Shown here one piece after another: positions 47,858-57,494 of a stretch of DNA of 64,000 nt (its first letter is position 1; each line of letters opens with the position of its first letter). The notes under the pieces are model-generated. The model was given only the letters and a program-made list of their open reading frames with translations. It was not told the DNA's origin and ran no database searches. This DNA is from Candidatus Nomurabacteria bacterium (lineage in GTDB: Bacteria > Patescibacteriota > Minisyncoccia > Phycocordibacterales > SBAW01): positions 92,864 through 156,863 of the forward strand of contig CALRFF010000001.1 in the NCBI GenBank assembly GCA_943356495.1, in the 5' to 3' direction. The position numbers were made by a program, and so were the translations under genes.

Positions 47858-49021
47858 TCAACTTTTGCGGTAACGGCCCGCGGTTTCAAACAGGGCTTGG
47901 GCTATGCGCCGCGCGTCGCTTTTTGCCGCATCGGGCAAAAGGGTGATGCGGATAGCGGTGCCCGCGAGTTCTTTCGGTACGCCGAGTGCTTGGATAACAT
48001 GAGACGGTTCTTCGCTGCCGATGTTGCAGGCGCTGCGCGTCGAGACAGCGACGCCAAGCGCGTCCATCGACACCACCGCCATCTGCGCCTCGAGCCCCGG
48101 CACCGATACGTTTAGATTGTTGGCCGCGCGATGCTCCCCCATGGCACCGTTGCAAAGCGCGTCGGGGATAAGCCGTGTAATCTCACTCCACAAATAGTCG
48201 CGCACTGCCGACATTTTTTTAATTCTTTTTTCTACACCCTTTTGTGCGTCAGCAAGCGCCACGGCAAACGCGCCCGCTTGGGGAACATTTTCGGTGCCGC
48301 CGCGCAAACCTTGTTCTTGGCGCCCGCCCCATAAAATACTTTCTATCGGCGTGCCGCGGCGCACATACAATGCGCCGATGCCTTTGGGCCCGAGCACTTT
48401 TTGCCCGTCGAGCGTCATCAGGTCAACACCAAGCTTGTCGACGCTAATATCCATCCATAGCGGGGCCTGCGATGCATCGGTGTGTAAAAAAATCTTTCTG
48501 CCGCCACGACGCAGAGTTTTGGCAATATCACGCACCGGTTCTATCGTGCCTACCTCACTGTTAACCAGCTGTACCGATACCAACGCGGTGTCCGCGCGCA
48601 CGGCGTCGGCGATGGCGTTGGGGAACACCAGGCCGTCGCTGTCCACGCCGACTTCGGTTAACTCCAGCCCTTCGCGGCGCAAAGCGCGCAACGGCTCGAG
48701 CACCGACTGATGTTCCACGGCAATAGTTATCGCGTGCACTTTACCGCCTGCAAGGAGCATGGGCCGCAGTACCCCATGGAGCGCAAGGTTGTTACCCTCG
48801 GTCCCCGAGGCGGTAAAAATGATCTCATCCGCGTGCGCGCCGATGCTTTCGGCAATGCTTTTGCGCGCATTTTCTAACTCACGCTTGGCGTTAATCGCCT
48901 CTTGATGTAGGGCGCCGGCGTTGCCGTAATTGGCGAGCAAACGCACCAGCTCGCGCCGCGAGCGTGCAGAAAGCGGCGTTGCGGCCGCCGCATCGGCATA
49001 TACGCGCTTTTTAAACCACAT
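47858..49021 (-). CDS. iscS: Cysteine desulfurase (IscS/NifS type)
   Basis: 'FTASGTEGNN', 'VEH', 'HTDASQ', PLP Lys 'GQKVLGPKG', 'RSAC'. Confidence 0.9.
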   Translation of the reverse strand: MWFKKRVYADAAAATPLSARSRRELVRLLANYGNAGALHQEAINAKRELENARKSIAESIGAHADEIIFTASGTEGNNLALHGVLRPMLLAGGKVHAITIAVEHQSVLEPLRALRREGLELTEVGVDSDGLVFPNAIADAVRADTALVSVQLVNSEVGTIEPVRDIAKTLRRGGRKIFLHTDASQAPLWMDISVDKLGVDLMTLDGQKVLGPKGIGALYVRRGTPIESILWGGRQEQGLRGGTENVPQAGAFAVALADAQKGVEKRIKKMSAVRDYLWSEITRLIPDALCNGAMGEHRAANNLNVSVPGLEAQMAVVSMDALGVAVSTRSACNIGSEEPSHVIQALGVPKELAGTAIRITLLPDAAKSDARRIAQALFETAGRYRKS

Positions 49022-49044
49022 CTGCTTACTATATACTGTTCTGT

Positions 49045-49542
49045 ATGCCGCTCGCTACCTACTATCTTCAGGTTGCATCCCCGTACCTTAGCGCCGGCGC
49101 GCTGCTGCTGGCGCTTATCGCTATCGGGTACGCCATTGCTCTTAAAATCCGATTCAAACGTCTTGCAATGGGCCGCAACGGCTCGATGGAAGAGACGTTG
49201 GGTATACTCTCGCGCGATACCAAAGAGCTGCAGGCATTCCGCACTGAGCTCGAAAAATACTTAAAGCTTTCTGAAACGCGCCTGCGCGGCTCGGTGCAGG
49301 GGTTGGGCGTCGTGCGGTTTAATCCTTTTTCCGGCGACGGCTCCGGCGGCAACCAAAGCTTTGCGGCGGCGTTTCTCGACGAGGGAGGCCGCGGCATGGT
49401 ACTCTCTAGCCTCTACGCGCGCGACCGGGTGGGCATATACGCCAAACCGGTTGAGGCTTGGGTCTCGACGTTTGAGCTCTCGGCGGAAGAAAAAGAGGCA
49501 ATTGCTAAAGCCAAAGAGCAGGTCGCCGCGCGCAAGAAATAG
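49045..49542 (+). CDS. DUF4446-family protein
   Basis: TM, coiled coil, 'VRFNPF....GGNQSFA.A.LD', 'YAKP', 'LS.EE.EA'. Confidence 0.85.
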   Translation: MPLATYYLQVASPYLSAGALLLALIAIGYAIALKIRFKRLAMGRNGSMEETLGILSRDTKELQAFRTELEKYLKLSETRLRGSVQGLGVVRFNPFSGDGSGGNQSFAAAFLDEGGRGMVLSSLYARDRVGIYAKPVEAWVSTFELSAEEKEAIAKAKEQVAARKK

Positions 49543-49546
49543 CTAT

Positions 49547-51070
49547 ATGGATAAAGAAACGCTCATAGGGGGCCGGCCCCCCATCGTTACCGTGGTGGGA
49601 CATATTGACCACGGCAAATCGACCCTGCTCGACTATATACGCAAGAGCAATGTCGTCGAAAATGAGGCGGGTGGGATTACCCAGCATCTTTCGGCGTATC
49701 AAGCGTCGCACCGCAACGCGATCGGCGAACACCTTATTACCTTCCTCGACACACCGGGCCACGAGGCGTTTGCCGCCATGCGCTCGCGCGGGTTGCGCGT
49801 GGCCGATGTCGCCATACTAATAGTATCGAGCGAAGAGGGCGCCAAGCCGCAGACACTCGAAGCATTGAAGCTTATTCAGGAAGCAAAAATACCCTTTGTT
49901 GTTGCGTTTACCAAAATAGACAAGCCCGCAAGCAATCTTGAGCGCGCTAAAATGTCGATGCTCGAGCATCAGATTTTTCTTGAGGGGATGGGTGGCGACG
50001 TGCCGTGGGTCGCAGTCTCCGGTAAAACAGGAGAGGGTATCCCCGAGTTGCTCGACCTGATACTCCTTGCCGCCGAGCTCGAGGGCATTTCGGCCGACCC
50101 AAGCGCCCCCGGCCGCGGGCTGGTTATCGAAGCACATGTCGACCCAAAACGCGGGAGCACGGCAACGCTTATGGTGCAAGACGGCACGCTTTTAAGCGGC
50201 GAGTTTGTCGTGGCGGGCAGCGCCTTTGCGCCGGTGCGTATTATGGAAAACTTTTTAGGCAAACCTATAAAGTCCGCCGCCCCCGGCACGCCGGTGCGTA
50301 TTGTCGGCTTTTCTGCGCTGCCGCAGGTGGGCGAGCAGTGGCACGCGGTAGAAACTAAAAAAGAAGCCGAGGCCGAGATTGCCGCGAGCCGCATGCCCCG
50401 TGCCGCCGGCGCAAAAACCGAAGAGGTTGAAGGTGTGGTGGTGTTGCCGCTGGTAATTAAAAGCGACATGTCGGGTGTGGGCGACGCCATTTTGCACGAG
50501 CTCGACAAACTCCAACAAAAAATTGACCAAACCCTGCCTACCGGCAGGCAGGTTGAGGTGCGGGTCGTTAGCCGCGGCGTGGGCGCGATTACCGAAGGCG
50601 ACGTTAAAGTAGCGGGTGCCGGCAAAACGCCCGGCATTATCATCGGCTTTAACGTTAAGGTAGAGTCCCCCGCCCGCGAGTTGGCCGAGCGTATGGGTGT
50701 CGTGGTAGAAACGTTTGATGTTATTTATAAACTCGCCGAGTGGTTGGGCGCCGAGGCTGAAAAGCGCCGCCCGCGCGCGCAGGTAGACGAGCTTATCGGC
50801 GCTGCAAAAATACTTAAATTCTTTAGCGCGTCTAAAGGGCGCGTGGTTATCGGCGGACGCGTGGAAGAGGGTTTTATCACCGAGAACGCCGAGGTAAAAA
50901 TAATGCGCCGCGACCTCGAGCTTGGCCGCGGCAAAATAACCTCGCTTCAAACGCAAAAGGCCCAGACAAAAAAAGTCGAGCAGGGGCAGGAGTTCGGCGC
51001 GCAACTAAAGCTCGACATCGAGCCCGCCCCCGGCGACCGGTTGGAAGCGTTTGAAGTACAGTTTAAATAA
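49547..51070 (+). CDS. infB: Translation initiation factor IF-2 (short, no N-terminal domain)
   Basis: '[18 protein letters not shown]', 'GGITQH', '[12 protein letters not shown]', 'IIGFNV'. Confidence 0.96.
   Translation: MDKETLIGGRPPIVTVVGHIDHGKSTLLDYIRKSNVVENEAGGITQHLSAYQASHRNAIGEHLITFLDTPGHEAFAAMRSRGLRVADVAILIVSSEEGAKPQTLEALKLIQEAKIPFVVAFTKIDKPASNLERAKMSMLEHQIFLEGMGGDVPWVAVSGKTGEGIPELLDLILLAAELEGISADPSAPGRGLVIEAHVDPKRGSTATLMVQDGTLLSGEFVVAGSAFAPVRIMENFLGKPIKSAAPGTPVRIVGFSALPQVGEQWHAVETKKEAEAEIAASRMPRAAGAKTEEVEGVVVLPLVIKSDMSGVGDAILHELDKLQQKIDQTLPTGRQVEVRVVSRGVGAITEGDVKVAGAGKTPGIIIGFNVKVESPARELAERMGVVVETFDVIYKLAEWLGAEAEKRRPRAQVDELIGAAKILKFFSASKGRVVIGGRVEEGFITENAEVKIMRRDLELGRGKITSLQTQKAQTKKVEQGQEFGAQLKLDIEPAPGDRLEAFEVQFK
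50533..50552. repeat. Palindromic repeat family A copy, read in frame in infB (LPTGRQ)
   Basis: CCTGCCTACCGGCAGGCAGG, 19/20 identical to 61004-61023. Confidence 0.8.
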
Positions 51071-51076
51071 ATACGT

Positions 51077-51394
51077 ATGTCCTTGCGCCACGAAAAAATG
51101 GAGTCCGCATTGCGCGAGGTAGCGGCGGAGTTTATGGCGCGCGAGGCGGGGCCGCAGTCGCTTATTACGGTAACCGGCGTGCGTATGGCCGAGGACGGCA
51201 ATTCCGCCACGATACTTATTACGGTATTACCGGAGTCGCAGGAGGAAACGGCGGTCAAGTTTGCCAACCGCAACCGCGGCGAGCTCGGGGTATTCTTAAC
51301 CAAGCGGGTCCGCGGGATGCGCGCCCCGCACTTGGAGTTTATGATCGACCGCGGCGAGAAAAACCGCCAGCGGCTCGACGAGCTGACGAAGTAA
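51077..51394 (+). CDS. rbfA: Ribosome-binding factor A
   Basis: Follows infB; 'ITVTGV', 'R.P.LEF..D'. Confidence 0.88.
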   Translation: MSLRHEKMESALREVAAEFMAREAGPQSLITVTGVRMAEDGNSATILITVLPESQEETAVKFANRNRGELGVFLTKRVRGMRAPHLEFMIDRGEKNRQRLDELTK

Positions 51395-51429
51395 CGGTAC
51401 AGTAATTAGCGTCTGCAAACCGCAGCCAC

Positions 51430-51504
51430 GGCCACGTGGCGAAGAAGCAACGCGTCGGTCTGCAAAACCGATATGCGAGGGTGCGAATCCCTCCGTGGCC
51501 TCCA
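51430..51504 (+). tRNA. tRNA-Cys(GCA), CCA encoded
   Basis: TCGGT-CTGCAAA-ACCGA anticodon arm; U discriminator. Confidence 0.9.
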
Positions 51505-51594
51505 GCCGGGGTGATGGAATTGGTAGACATACGGGACTTAAAATCCCGAGAGGTCCTGAAAACCCTCATGAGAGTTCGAGTCTCTCCTCCGGCA
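51505..51594 (+). tRNA. tRNA-Leu(TAA)
   Basis: CGGGA-CTTAAAA-TCCCG anticodon arm; long variable arm. Confidence 0.92.
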
Positions 51595-51600
51595 CATAGT

Positions 51601-52476
51601 ATGGATTTTTTATACGGCCAGATTACTGACAACCCGCCGCCGCTCGTGGTGGCGCCGGAAAGTTGGCCCGAGTACGGACGATTGGCCGACCCGCTCGGTT
51701 TTTGTGCGCGCGAGGAGGTAGGCACGCACCCGCGCGGCGTGCGCTGGAGCTTTTGGCCGCTTGCGTTCGAGGAGTATGTAAGCGACACGGAACCGAACCT
51801 TGCCGACTCCGCGCAGGGCGAGCTCGCCCGCAACCGCGTGTTTATTTGGAAGCGTATTACCCGCGCCGCTATACCAGAAGGTTGGCGCGAAGTTTCAAAA
51901 AAACCGTGGCGCATCGACGGCTATCACGACCTTGGTACCGGCGGCGACTACACTGCAGCGTGGCACAAAAACGCGCGGCGCGAAGCGCGCTTGTGGCGCG
52001 AGGAGCACGCCGCGCGGTACGACATCGTTGAAATTTCTCTCGAGGAGTTTATCGGCGCGTACCGCAAAAGCATGACGGTTAAAAAAGCCGGCGCAGACTT
52101 GCTGTCGGTGCTCGTACGCATGCACGCGCTCCCCGCCCAAAAGCACATTGCGTTGTGGGGTGTGCGCAACAAGCAGACGGGCAGGATTATCGCGGGTACC
52201 GCTACGATTACCTCGCCCACGCATAAAAGCTCGGTGCGCTATTGTCCGTTTATGCTCCCCGAGGCGCGGCACTGCTACGCATCGATAGGGCTCGTTGACC
52301 ATTGGTTTGCGCATGCGCAAAAAAACGGCACACAGTATTTGCTGTTTACTTGTTTTTGGCAGCCGGGCGACCCCAAGGGGTGGCAGGGCCCCGCGGAGTT
52401 TAAGTCGCACTTCGGGTTGCAGTATGTCGCCTACCCGCCGGAGCTTACGCGGTTTGTAAGAGGAAAAATCTTTTAG
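51601..52476 (+). CDS. Hypothetical protein, possibly FemAB/GNAT-like fold
   Basis: 'W.KNARR..R', 'G.AEFK.HFG' resemble FemAB/GNAT; the ORF track extension into the tRNAs is spurious. Confidence 0.6.
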   Translation: MDFLYGQITDNPPPLVVAPESWPEYGRLADPLGFCAREEVGTHPRGVRWSFWPLAFEEYVSDTEPNLADSAQGELARNRVFIWKRITRAAIPEGWREVSKKPWRIDGYHDLGTGGDYTAAWHKNARREARLWREEHAARYDIVEISLEEFIGAYRKSMTVKKAGADLLSVLVRMHALPAQKHIALWGVRNKQTGRIIAGTATITSPTHKSSVRYCPFMLPEARHCYASIGLVDHWFAHAQKNGTQYLLFTCFWQPGDPKGWQGPAEFKSHFGLQYVAYPPELTRFVRGKIF

Positions 52477-52549
52477 TGCGCCCGCCTGGATTCGAACCAG
52501 GGACCATCTCCTTAAGAGGGAGTTGCTCTACCAACTGAGCTACGGGCGC
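52477..52549 (-). tRNA. tRNA-Lys(CTT)
   Basis: TAGCTCAGTTGGTAGAGC D-arm; CTCC-CTCTTAA-GGAG anticodon arm. Confidence 0.92.
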
Positions 52550-52604
52550 AAATTACAAAAGGATAATAGCATTAATTATTGTTTCATCATAGAATTTTGA
52601 TATC

Positions 52605-52688
52605 GCTGGGGTGGCGGAATTGGTATACGCATCAGCCTTAGGAGCTGACGGGAGCAATCCCTTGGAGGTTCGAGTCCTCTCCCCAGCA
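52605..52688 (+). tRNA. tRNA-Leu(TAG)
   Basis: TCAGC-CTTAGGA-GCTGA anticodon arm; variable arm. Confidence 0.93.
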
Positions 52689-52720
52689 CAAAAAACCTTT
52701 ATATTGCAAGGTATTTTACC

Positions 52721-52748
52721 TTGACTTTTAGCTCAAATATGATATAAT
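52721..52748 (+). promoter_or_regulatory. Sigma70-type promoter of the islet operon
   Basis: TTGACT -35 followed by TGaTATAAT extended -10. Confidence 0.65.
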
Positions 52749-52828
52749 AGACGGCAGAGCGACTTACTGTCGTACCCGCTCTTCTACACACTGCACATCC
52801 ACCTCGCCCAACACCCATGGAGGGAACA

Positions 52829-53017
52829 ATGGCGAAAAGTTCGAAGAAGGCCGGCAACTCGTTGTACGCTCGCTGCATGAAGGCGCTCGCGGGTCTTACG
52901 ACCCAAGTACGCCAACTGCGTAAGGAGAAATCCGAGCGCGACATGCTCGACGCACAGCTCGAAGCCGAACTCATCCCCATCGTCGAGGACGCCGAAAAGG
53001 CCCTCGCAGGAAACTAA
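52829..53017 (+). CDS. Small coiled-coil orphan protein
   Basis: GGAGG SD; first gene of a 3-gene operon. Confidence 0.65.
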   Translation: MAKSSKKAGNSLYARCMKALAGLTTQVRQLRKEKSERDMLDAQLEAELIPIVEDAEKALAGN

Positions 53018-53030
53018 GAAAGGAACTGCA

Positions 53031-54380
53031 ATGCATCCTCTGGTACGGCGCCTTATGGCGCAAGTGGTGGAGCTCACTCGGTATCGCCGAGCGAATCCAC
53101 CTCCTCCCCCGCCCCCACCCGGGGCGGGCGGAGCAGCCACGATACCGCCGTCACCTGTGCCGCGCGGTCGCACCACTGTCTTTGCTATCGTGGTTGCCTT
53201 GTTTGTCGCCGGCGCCATCTTGCTGATGGTGCCGTTGGCTATCGTAATGAACTTGCTCGCGATCATAGCGGCAGCCCTCGTTGCGATCTATCTTGTCTTC
53301 TACGGTCTGGCGCTCAACCAGATCCTCTTCACCACGATGAGGGAAGGTACGGGCCGCTTCGTAATGGACGGCGGACCGGACGGAGCGTTCAACCATTTGC
53401 TCTGGGCCTGGAAAGGTCACTACAGCAACGACCCGCGGATGCCGTGGTTTGACCCGCATGCACCCGCGTGGGAGATCCTCGATCTGAAGCTGACCACCAA
53501 CCTCTGGCTGCATCAACATCCGAAGGTAATGCCCTCGAACTATCCGCCCGGTTCTGTCTGGCGGCTGTTCGAGAAAGTCGGCCTGTACTGGTTTGGATTT
53601 CCCCCGCGGGCAATCCACCGCTACATGTTCGAGTGGACCGAGGAGAAAATCGACGCCGAGGGCAAGCACATGCCGTGGCACCGCAAGGAGCCGACGGACT
53701 TCATCTTCCTGATGGACAACGTCTATTGGATGAAGCTTGAAGGCGCCGAGACAAACGGCAACATCCCGCTCGACGTCGACTACCTGCTTACGGTGGGCGT
53801 CAACAACCCCATCAAGGCGCGTTTCGGCCAGACCAACTGGCTCACGAGCCTTGGCGCGGACTCCAACAACGCCGCAAAGCGTTGGATAGGTGACAACACC
53901 TTTCAGGCAATCGCCAAAGAGCAAGGCACTACCGGCACGACCAGTGGTTTTGTCGTAGAAATCGCCGAGCTCAATGACAACCTGCCGACCCACCACGCCA
54001 CTATCGGCGCGACGGAACTTATCGGCGCGACGGTAAAAGGTGCTTCGCTCCAGAAGATCGACCCGGCAGACTCTGCAAACCGGGAAGAGATTCTGAAGGC
54101 GACCACCGCTCCGGTGATTGCGGAGCTGAACGCGCAGGCGACACGAACTACCGCCGACGCAGAAGCCTACCGCATCAGAACTGTCTATGGCGAATCGGAA
54201 GGCAACACCGACCGTATGCGCCAAAAGCAATGGGAGGCCATGCGCGACGCAAAAGGCACGGTCTTCTGGATTCCGGAAGTCATTGCCAACTTTGCGCAGC
54301 GCTTTGGCGCACCTCAACCGCAGGGGCCTCAACAGCCTCCGCAAAATCCTCAACCGGGGGCGCCGCCAGCGGGCCCCTAA
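53031..54380 (+). CDS. SPFH/band-7-like membrane protein with Pro-rich termini
   Basis: Two TMs; 'ET.GNIPLDVD..L...V.NP.KA', 'AE..A.A..T.A.AEA..I' flotillin/HflK-like. Confidence 0.65.
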   Translation: MHPLVRRLMAQVVELTRYRRANPPPPPPPPGAGGAATIPPSPVPRGRTTVFAIVVALFVAGAILLMVPLAIVMNLLAIIAAALVAIYLVFYGLALNQILFTTMREGTGRFVMDGGPDGAFNHLLWAWKGHYSNDPRMPWFDPHAPAWEILDLKLTTNLWLHQHPKVMPSNYPPGSVWRLFEKVGLYWFGFPPRAIHRYMFEWTEEKIDAEGKHMPWHRKEPTDFIFLMDNVYWMKLEGAETNGNIPLDVDYLLTVGVNNPIKARFGQTNWLTSLGADSNNAAKRWIGDNTFQAIAKEQGTTGTTSGFVVEIAELNDNLPTHHATIGATELIGATVKGASLQKIDPADSANREEILKATTAPVIAELNAQATRTTADAEAYRIRTVYGESEGNTDRMRQKQWEAMRDAKGTVFWIPEVIANFAQRFGAPQPQGPQQPPQNPQPGAPPAGP

Positions 54381-54390
54381 GGAGTAAGCC

Positions 54391-55173
54391 ATGACTTCTA
54401 CGGTGTTACTGGTCCTACTGCTCGTTATTGCGGTAGGCGGCCTCAGTGTTCAGTGGTACTTCGCGCGAGCGGGTGCCACACGCACGAGGCCGCTCGGCGG
54501 ATTTCTTACCGTCGAGCAAATCAAAGGGATTGCCATCAGCGGCGTCGTCACGGTCGTCGTGCTGCTGATGTTTAACGCCTTCCTGCCAAACGTCTCCGAC
54601 GCTTACGCGGCGCGCGGCGGGCCGCAGTTCCTGCTCATCGTCGGTGTGGTGTTTATCTGTCTGGCTTACTTTCTTGCGCCCAACCCGGGCATGCGAAAGT
54701 GGCTGGTCAGAAGCCTCGCCGTCCTGATGGGAATCGTGGTCCTTTCCTCGCTCGTGCCGGCCGTCTTTGTCGGGAAGCCCCTGACCGAGGCGGAAGTCCG
54801 GCTCGAGCAGGAAAAGAAGGCGCTCGACGCAAAGTACAAGCTCGCGTCGAGTGCCGCGACTCTCTCGCTTGCCGATGCGCAAGACTGCACCGGCAGGGCC
54901 AGCCCCACGATTACGGTCGGCACAGAGCCGCTCGAGGTAAACAAGGGCGGCCAGTGCAGGGTGGTGCTGCAGTATCCGGACGACGTCGTCGCCTGCTATC
55001 TCGTTAAGAGCGAGGGCGACACGGAGTGGCAGGGCCCTGTCGGGGCCACCTGTCCGGACCGGAAAAATATTACTCCGGTCGACGTCGAGTACATCAAGGC
55101 GGTAACGCCCTTCAAGGCGCGGGTGGTGCTTTACCCGCGCGCACCGACCCAGTGGGTCCGGTGGAAGAGCTAA
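54391..55173 (+). CDS. Membrane protein (4 TM) with a Cys-containing C-terminal domain
   Basis: AAGGAG SD; hydrophobic N-terminal half; 4 Cys. Confidence 0.65.
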   Translation: MTSTVLLVLLLVIAVGGLSVQWYFARAGATRTRPLGGFLTVEQIKGIAISGVVTVVVLLMFNAFLPNVSDAYAARGGPQFLLIVGVVFICLAYFLAPNPGMRKWLVRSLAVLMGIVVLSSLVPAVFVGKPLTEAEVRLEQEKKALDAKYKLASSAATLSLADAQDCTGRASPTITVGTEPLEVNKGGQCRVVLQYPDDVVACYLVKSEGDTEWQGPVGATCPDRKNITPVDVEYIKAVTPFKARVVLYPRAPTQWVRWKS

Positions 55174-55192
55174 GTACCGGCCAAACAACAAC

Positions 55193-55226
55193 GCGGCTCC
55201 CTACCAAGGGAGCCGCTTTTCTTTTT
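55193..55226 (+). terminator. Intrinsic terminator of the islet operon
   Basis: GCGGCTCCCT-ACCA-AGGGAGCCGC-TTTT. Confidence 0.8.
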
Positions 55227-55300
55227 ACATATAAAATTTAGAGACAAAAAAAACCGCCACCCTTTTGGGGTTGGCGGGGTTTTTTAGTCGCTCGGGCTTG

Positions 55301-55585
55301 TCAGTACGCCGGCTGGTACGCAACTGCCGGTTGATACGCGACTGCCGGTTGGTAGGCGACCGCGGGTTGATAACCGCGCGGCGGTGTCACCGAACCGAGA
55401 CTGCTCGACATGGGCGTCGACATATGCCCCGAGCCCAAGTTGCTCGAGACCGCTCCGGGGCCGCCCACAACACCGAGATTGCTCGAGACATAGCCGGGGT
55501 GCGGCACCGAGCCGATCTCTTCGGCAGACAGCAGCGTCGTACCGGCGAAACCGAGCAGAACTGTAGCGATTGCAAGGTACTTCAT
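55301..55585 (-). CDS. Small secreted low-complexity protein with YQPAVA repeats
   Basis: GGGAGG SD; TTGACA/TGcTATAAT promoter; signal peptide; terminator at about 55247-55287. Confidence 0.7.
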   Translation of the reverse strand: MKYLAIATVLLGFAGTTLLSAEEIGSVPHPGYVSSNLGVVGGPGAVSSNLGSGHMSTPMSSSLGSVTPPRGYQPAVAYQPAVAYQPAVAYQPAY

Positions 55586-55671
55586 CGAAGTCCTCCCTTA
55601 GGTTGATCGATACCTCTATTATAGCACAAGAGATGTAGTTTTGTCAACTACCTCTCTGTGACCTAAAAAAC

Positions 55672-55944
55672 TTAAAAACCGTAGGTCGAAACCGGCGTAC
55701 CCACCATAGTGCCTATCAGTTTAACAATCGCCCAAGAAGACGCCATGATAAACATACCCACCAAGCCGTAAAGCATGTGGCGCTTGCCGTCCTCTTTTTT
55801 GCCCGAGCCTTCGTTGGACAAGCCAAACATAAACTCGACTATGCCAAAGACAAACATAAGCGTGCCTACGGCAAACAATAGTCCAAGTATGGGGTTAAGG
55901 ATGTACTGCACCATCCTCCCCGCAAGCGCAGTAAGCTCCTGCAT
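55672..55944 (-). CDS. VirB2/TrbC-like pilin
   Basis: Two TMs; 'F.FGIV.F', 'GK.HM.YGL.GMFIM.S.W.I'. Confidence 0.8.
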   Translation of the reverse strand: MQELTALAGRMVQYILNPILGLLFAVGTLMFVFGIVEFMFGLSNEGSGKKEDGKRHMLYGLVGMFIMASSWAIVKLIGTMVGTPVSTYGF

Positions 55945-55953
55945 AGGCGCTTA

Positions 55954-56298
55954 TCAGCGCGGCACCGGTACGCCCGGGCTTTGTACCGGAGCGTTTGCAG
56001 GCACTCCAAGCGCGCTTTGCGCCAAGGAGATAATGCCCCAGACAGACACCATAACAAACAGCGAGACGAGGCCCGCTATCATGATGTTCTTGCCTTCAGC
56101 GTGACCTTTGCCCGAAGAGCGGATGTATTTGATAAGACCGAAAAAGAATACGATAAGCGCTACCGTAATAAGTATCGGGATAAGCATGGCCACCAAGCGG
56201 CCGATGGCGCCCATGAGCGTCATGAGCGGCTGGAGCGTTTGAGCCGAGGCTACAAGCGGGAGCGCGAACAGGGCGACGGTAAACGTGAGTTTTTTCAT
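55954..56298 (-). CDS. VirB2/TrbC-like pilin with signal peptide
   Basis: 'LIPILIT.AL..FF.G..KYI','EGK..MI.GL..LFVMVSVWGI'. Confidence 0.82.
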   Translation of the reverse strand: MKKLTFTVALFALPLVASAQTLQPLMTLMGAIGRLVAMLIPILITVALIVFFFGLIKYIRSSGKGHAEGKNIMIAGLVSLFVMVSVWGIISLAQSALGVPANAPVQSPGVPVPR

Positions 56299-56334
56299 AT
56301 AAAATTAAATAATACTGACTAATTAATACAACCC

Positions 56335-56720
56335 CTATGGCAACGGGCTACGTGCGGTGGGGATCGGATAGGCGCCACCGTAGTAGTTAGGTACGCCCGG
56401 GCTTTGTACCGGAGCGTTTGCAGGCACTCCAAGCGCGCTTTGCGCCAAGGAGATAATGCCCCACACCACACCATAACAAACAGCGAGACGAGGCCCGCTA
56501 TCATGATGTTTTTACCTTCGGCATGGCCCTTACCGGAAGAGCGGATGTATTTGATAAGACCGAAAAAGAATACGATAAGCGCTACCGTAATAAGTATCGG
56601 GATAAGCATCGCTACCAAACGACCAATGGCGTCCATAAGCGTCATGAGCGGTTGCAACGTCTGGGCCGAGGCGATAAGCGGGAGCGCGAACAGTGCGGCA
56701 GTAAACGTGAGTTTTTTCAT
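56335..56720 (-). pseudogene. Frameshifted paralog of the 55954-56298 pilin
   Basis: Near-identical DNA; one base missing near 56467 (GTG TG GTG TGG vs GTG TCT GTC TGG); the repaired frame ends ..GVPNYYGGAYPIPTARSPLP*. Confidence 0.7.
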
Positions 56721-56803
56721 GAAGTTGATATAAAACGGGTGCGCCCTAACTATAGCAGAGAACTGGGGGTGTCAAAATAACCCTGTGGACAGGGCCGTGG
56801 TGT

Positions 56804-57046
56804 CTAATAGAGATTAAGCGCTTCGCGCATAGTGGCCAGTATCCCCCACACGGATACGAGGACAAACATCGCTACAAGGCCCCAGACAATGAGCTCCTTG
56901 CCCTCGGCATGGCCGTGGCTGTCGGAAGACTCGTAGATAAACCGCACCAACCCTATAAAAAAGAATACCAGTGCAATAGCCACCAGTAGCGGAATAATCG
57001 TGTTGATAAGGCCGATAAACTTGCCTACTAAGGCGGCGAAGCTCAT
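56804..57046 (-). CDS. VirB2/TrbC-like pilin
   Basis: 'IIPLLVAIALVFFF.GLV.FI','GHAEGKELIVWGL..MFV.VSVWGI'. Confidence 0.8.
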   Translation of the reverse strand: MSFAALVGKFIGLINTIIPLLVAIALVFFFIGLVRFIYESSDSHGHAEGKELIVWGLVAMFVLVSVWGILATMREALNLY

Positions 57047-57047
57047 G

Positions 57048-57491
57048 CTAGCAGTTATTGAGCCCCGGCGTGTTTATGTTGAGATCTTTTATCGTGCTTG
57101 CTATCACCTGCCCCAACAGCCATGCGCCCAAAAATATGGCAATGCCCACAACCGTGTAAAAGAGATTGAGTTTTGCCTTTTCTAACGCGGCGGGGTTGCC
57201 GCGCGCCATCACCAAGCGAAAGCCCGCGTACATAACAAAAAACGTGGCTATCGGTATCCCGAAGAGTATAAGTACGTTAAGGATAGCTTTAATGAGCTGG
57301 CAAAAACTCCCTGTTTTGCCCAGTGGGTTTTGCAGGGCAAAAATAGAGTTGCCGAAGGAGTCTTGGCTTTTTTGGACACCGTAGGCGTCTCCGGAGTTCG
57401 GCCCAAAGACGTCGGTAGCGGCCTGTACCGCAAAGGGAGCCATGGTAAGTAACACCAGAGAAAGTGCGGCAAATAAGAAAATCTTTTTCAT
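57048..57491 (-). CDS. VirB2/TrbC-like pilin with signal peptide
   Basis: 'LQNPL', 'YAGF..VMARGN', 'KAK.....V.G..I.LGA'. Confidence 0.82.
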   Translation of the reverse strand: MKKIFLFAALSLVLLTMAPFAVQAATDVFGPNSGDAYGVQKSQDSFGNSIFALQNPLGKTGSFCQLIKAILNVLILFGIPIATFFVMYAGFRLVMARGNPAALEKAKLNLFYTVVGIAIFLGAWLLGQVIASTIKDLNINTPGLNNC

Positions 57492-57494
57492 ATA

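Noticed and set aside
51339-51600. ORF-track extensions over tRNA-Cys/Leu (51436 start), and similar ORFs over other tRNAs
   Set aside because: They overlap clear tRNA cloverleafs; the real CDS starts at 51601.
53151-55191. Long antisense ORFs (413 aa and 258 aa), and similar ones opposite clpB, dus and the ABC-F gene
   Set aside because: Shadow frames of GC-rich coding genes, with no motifs or initiation signals.
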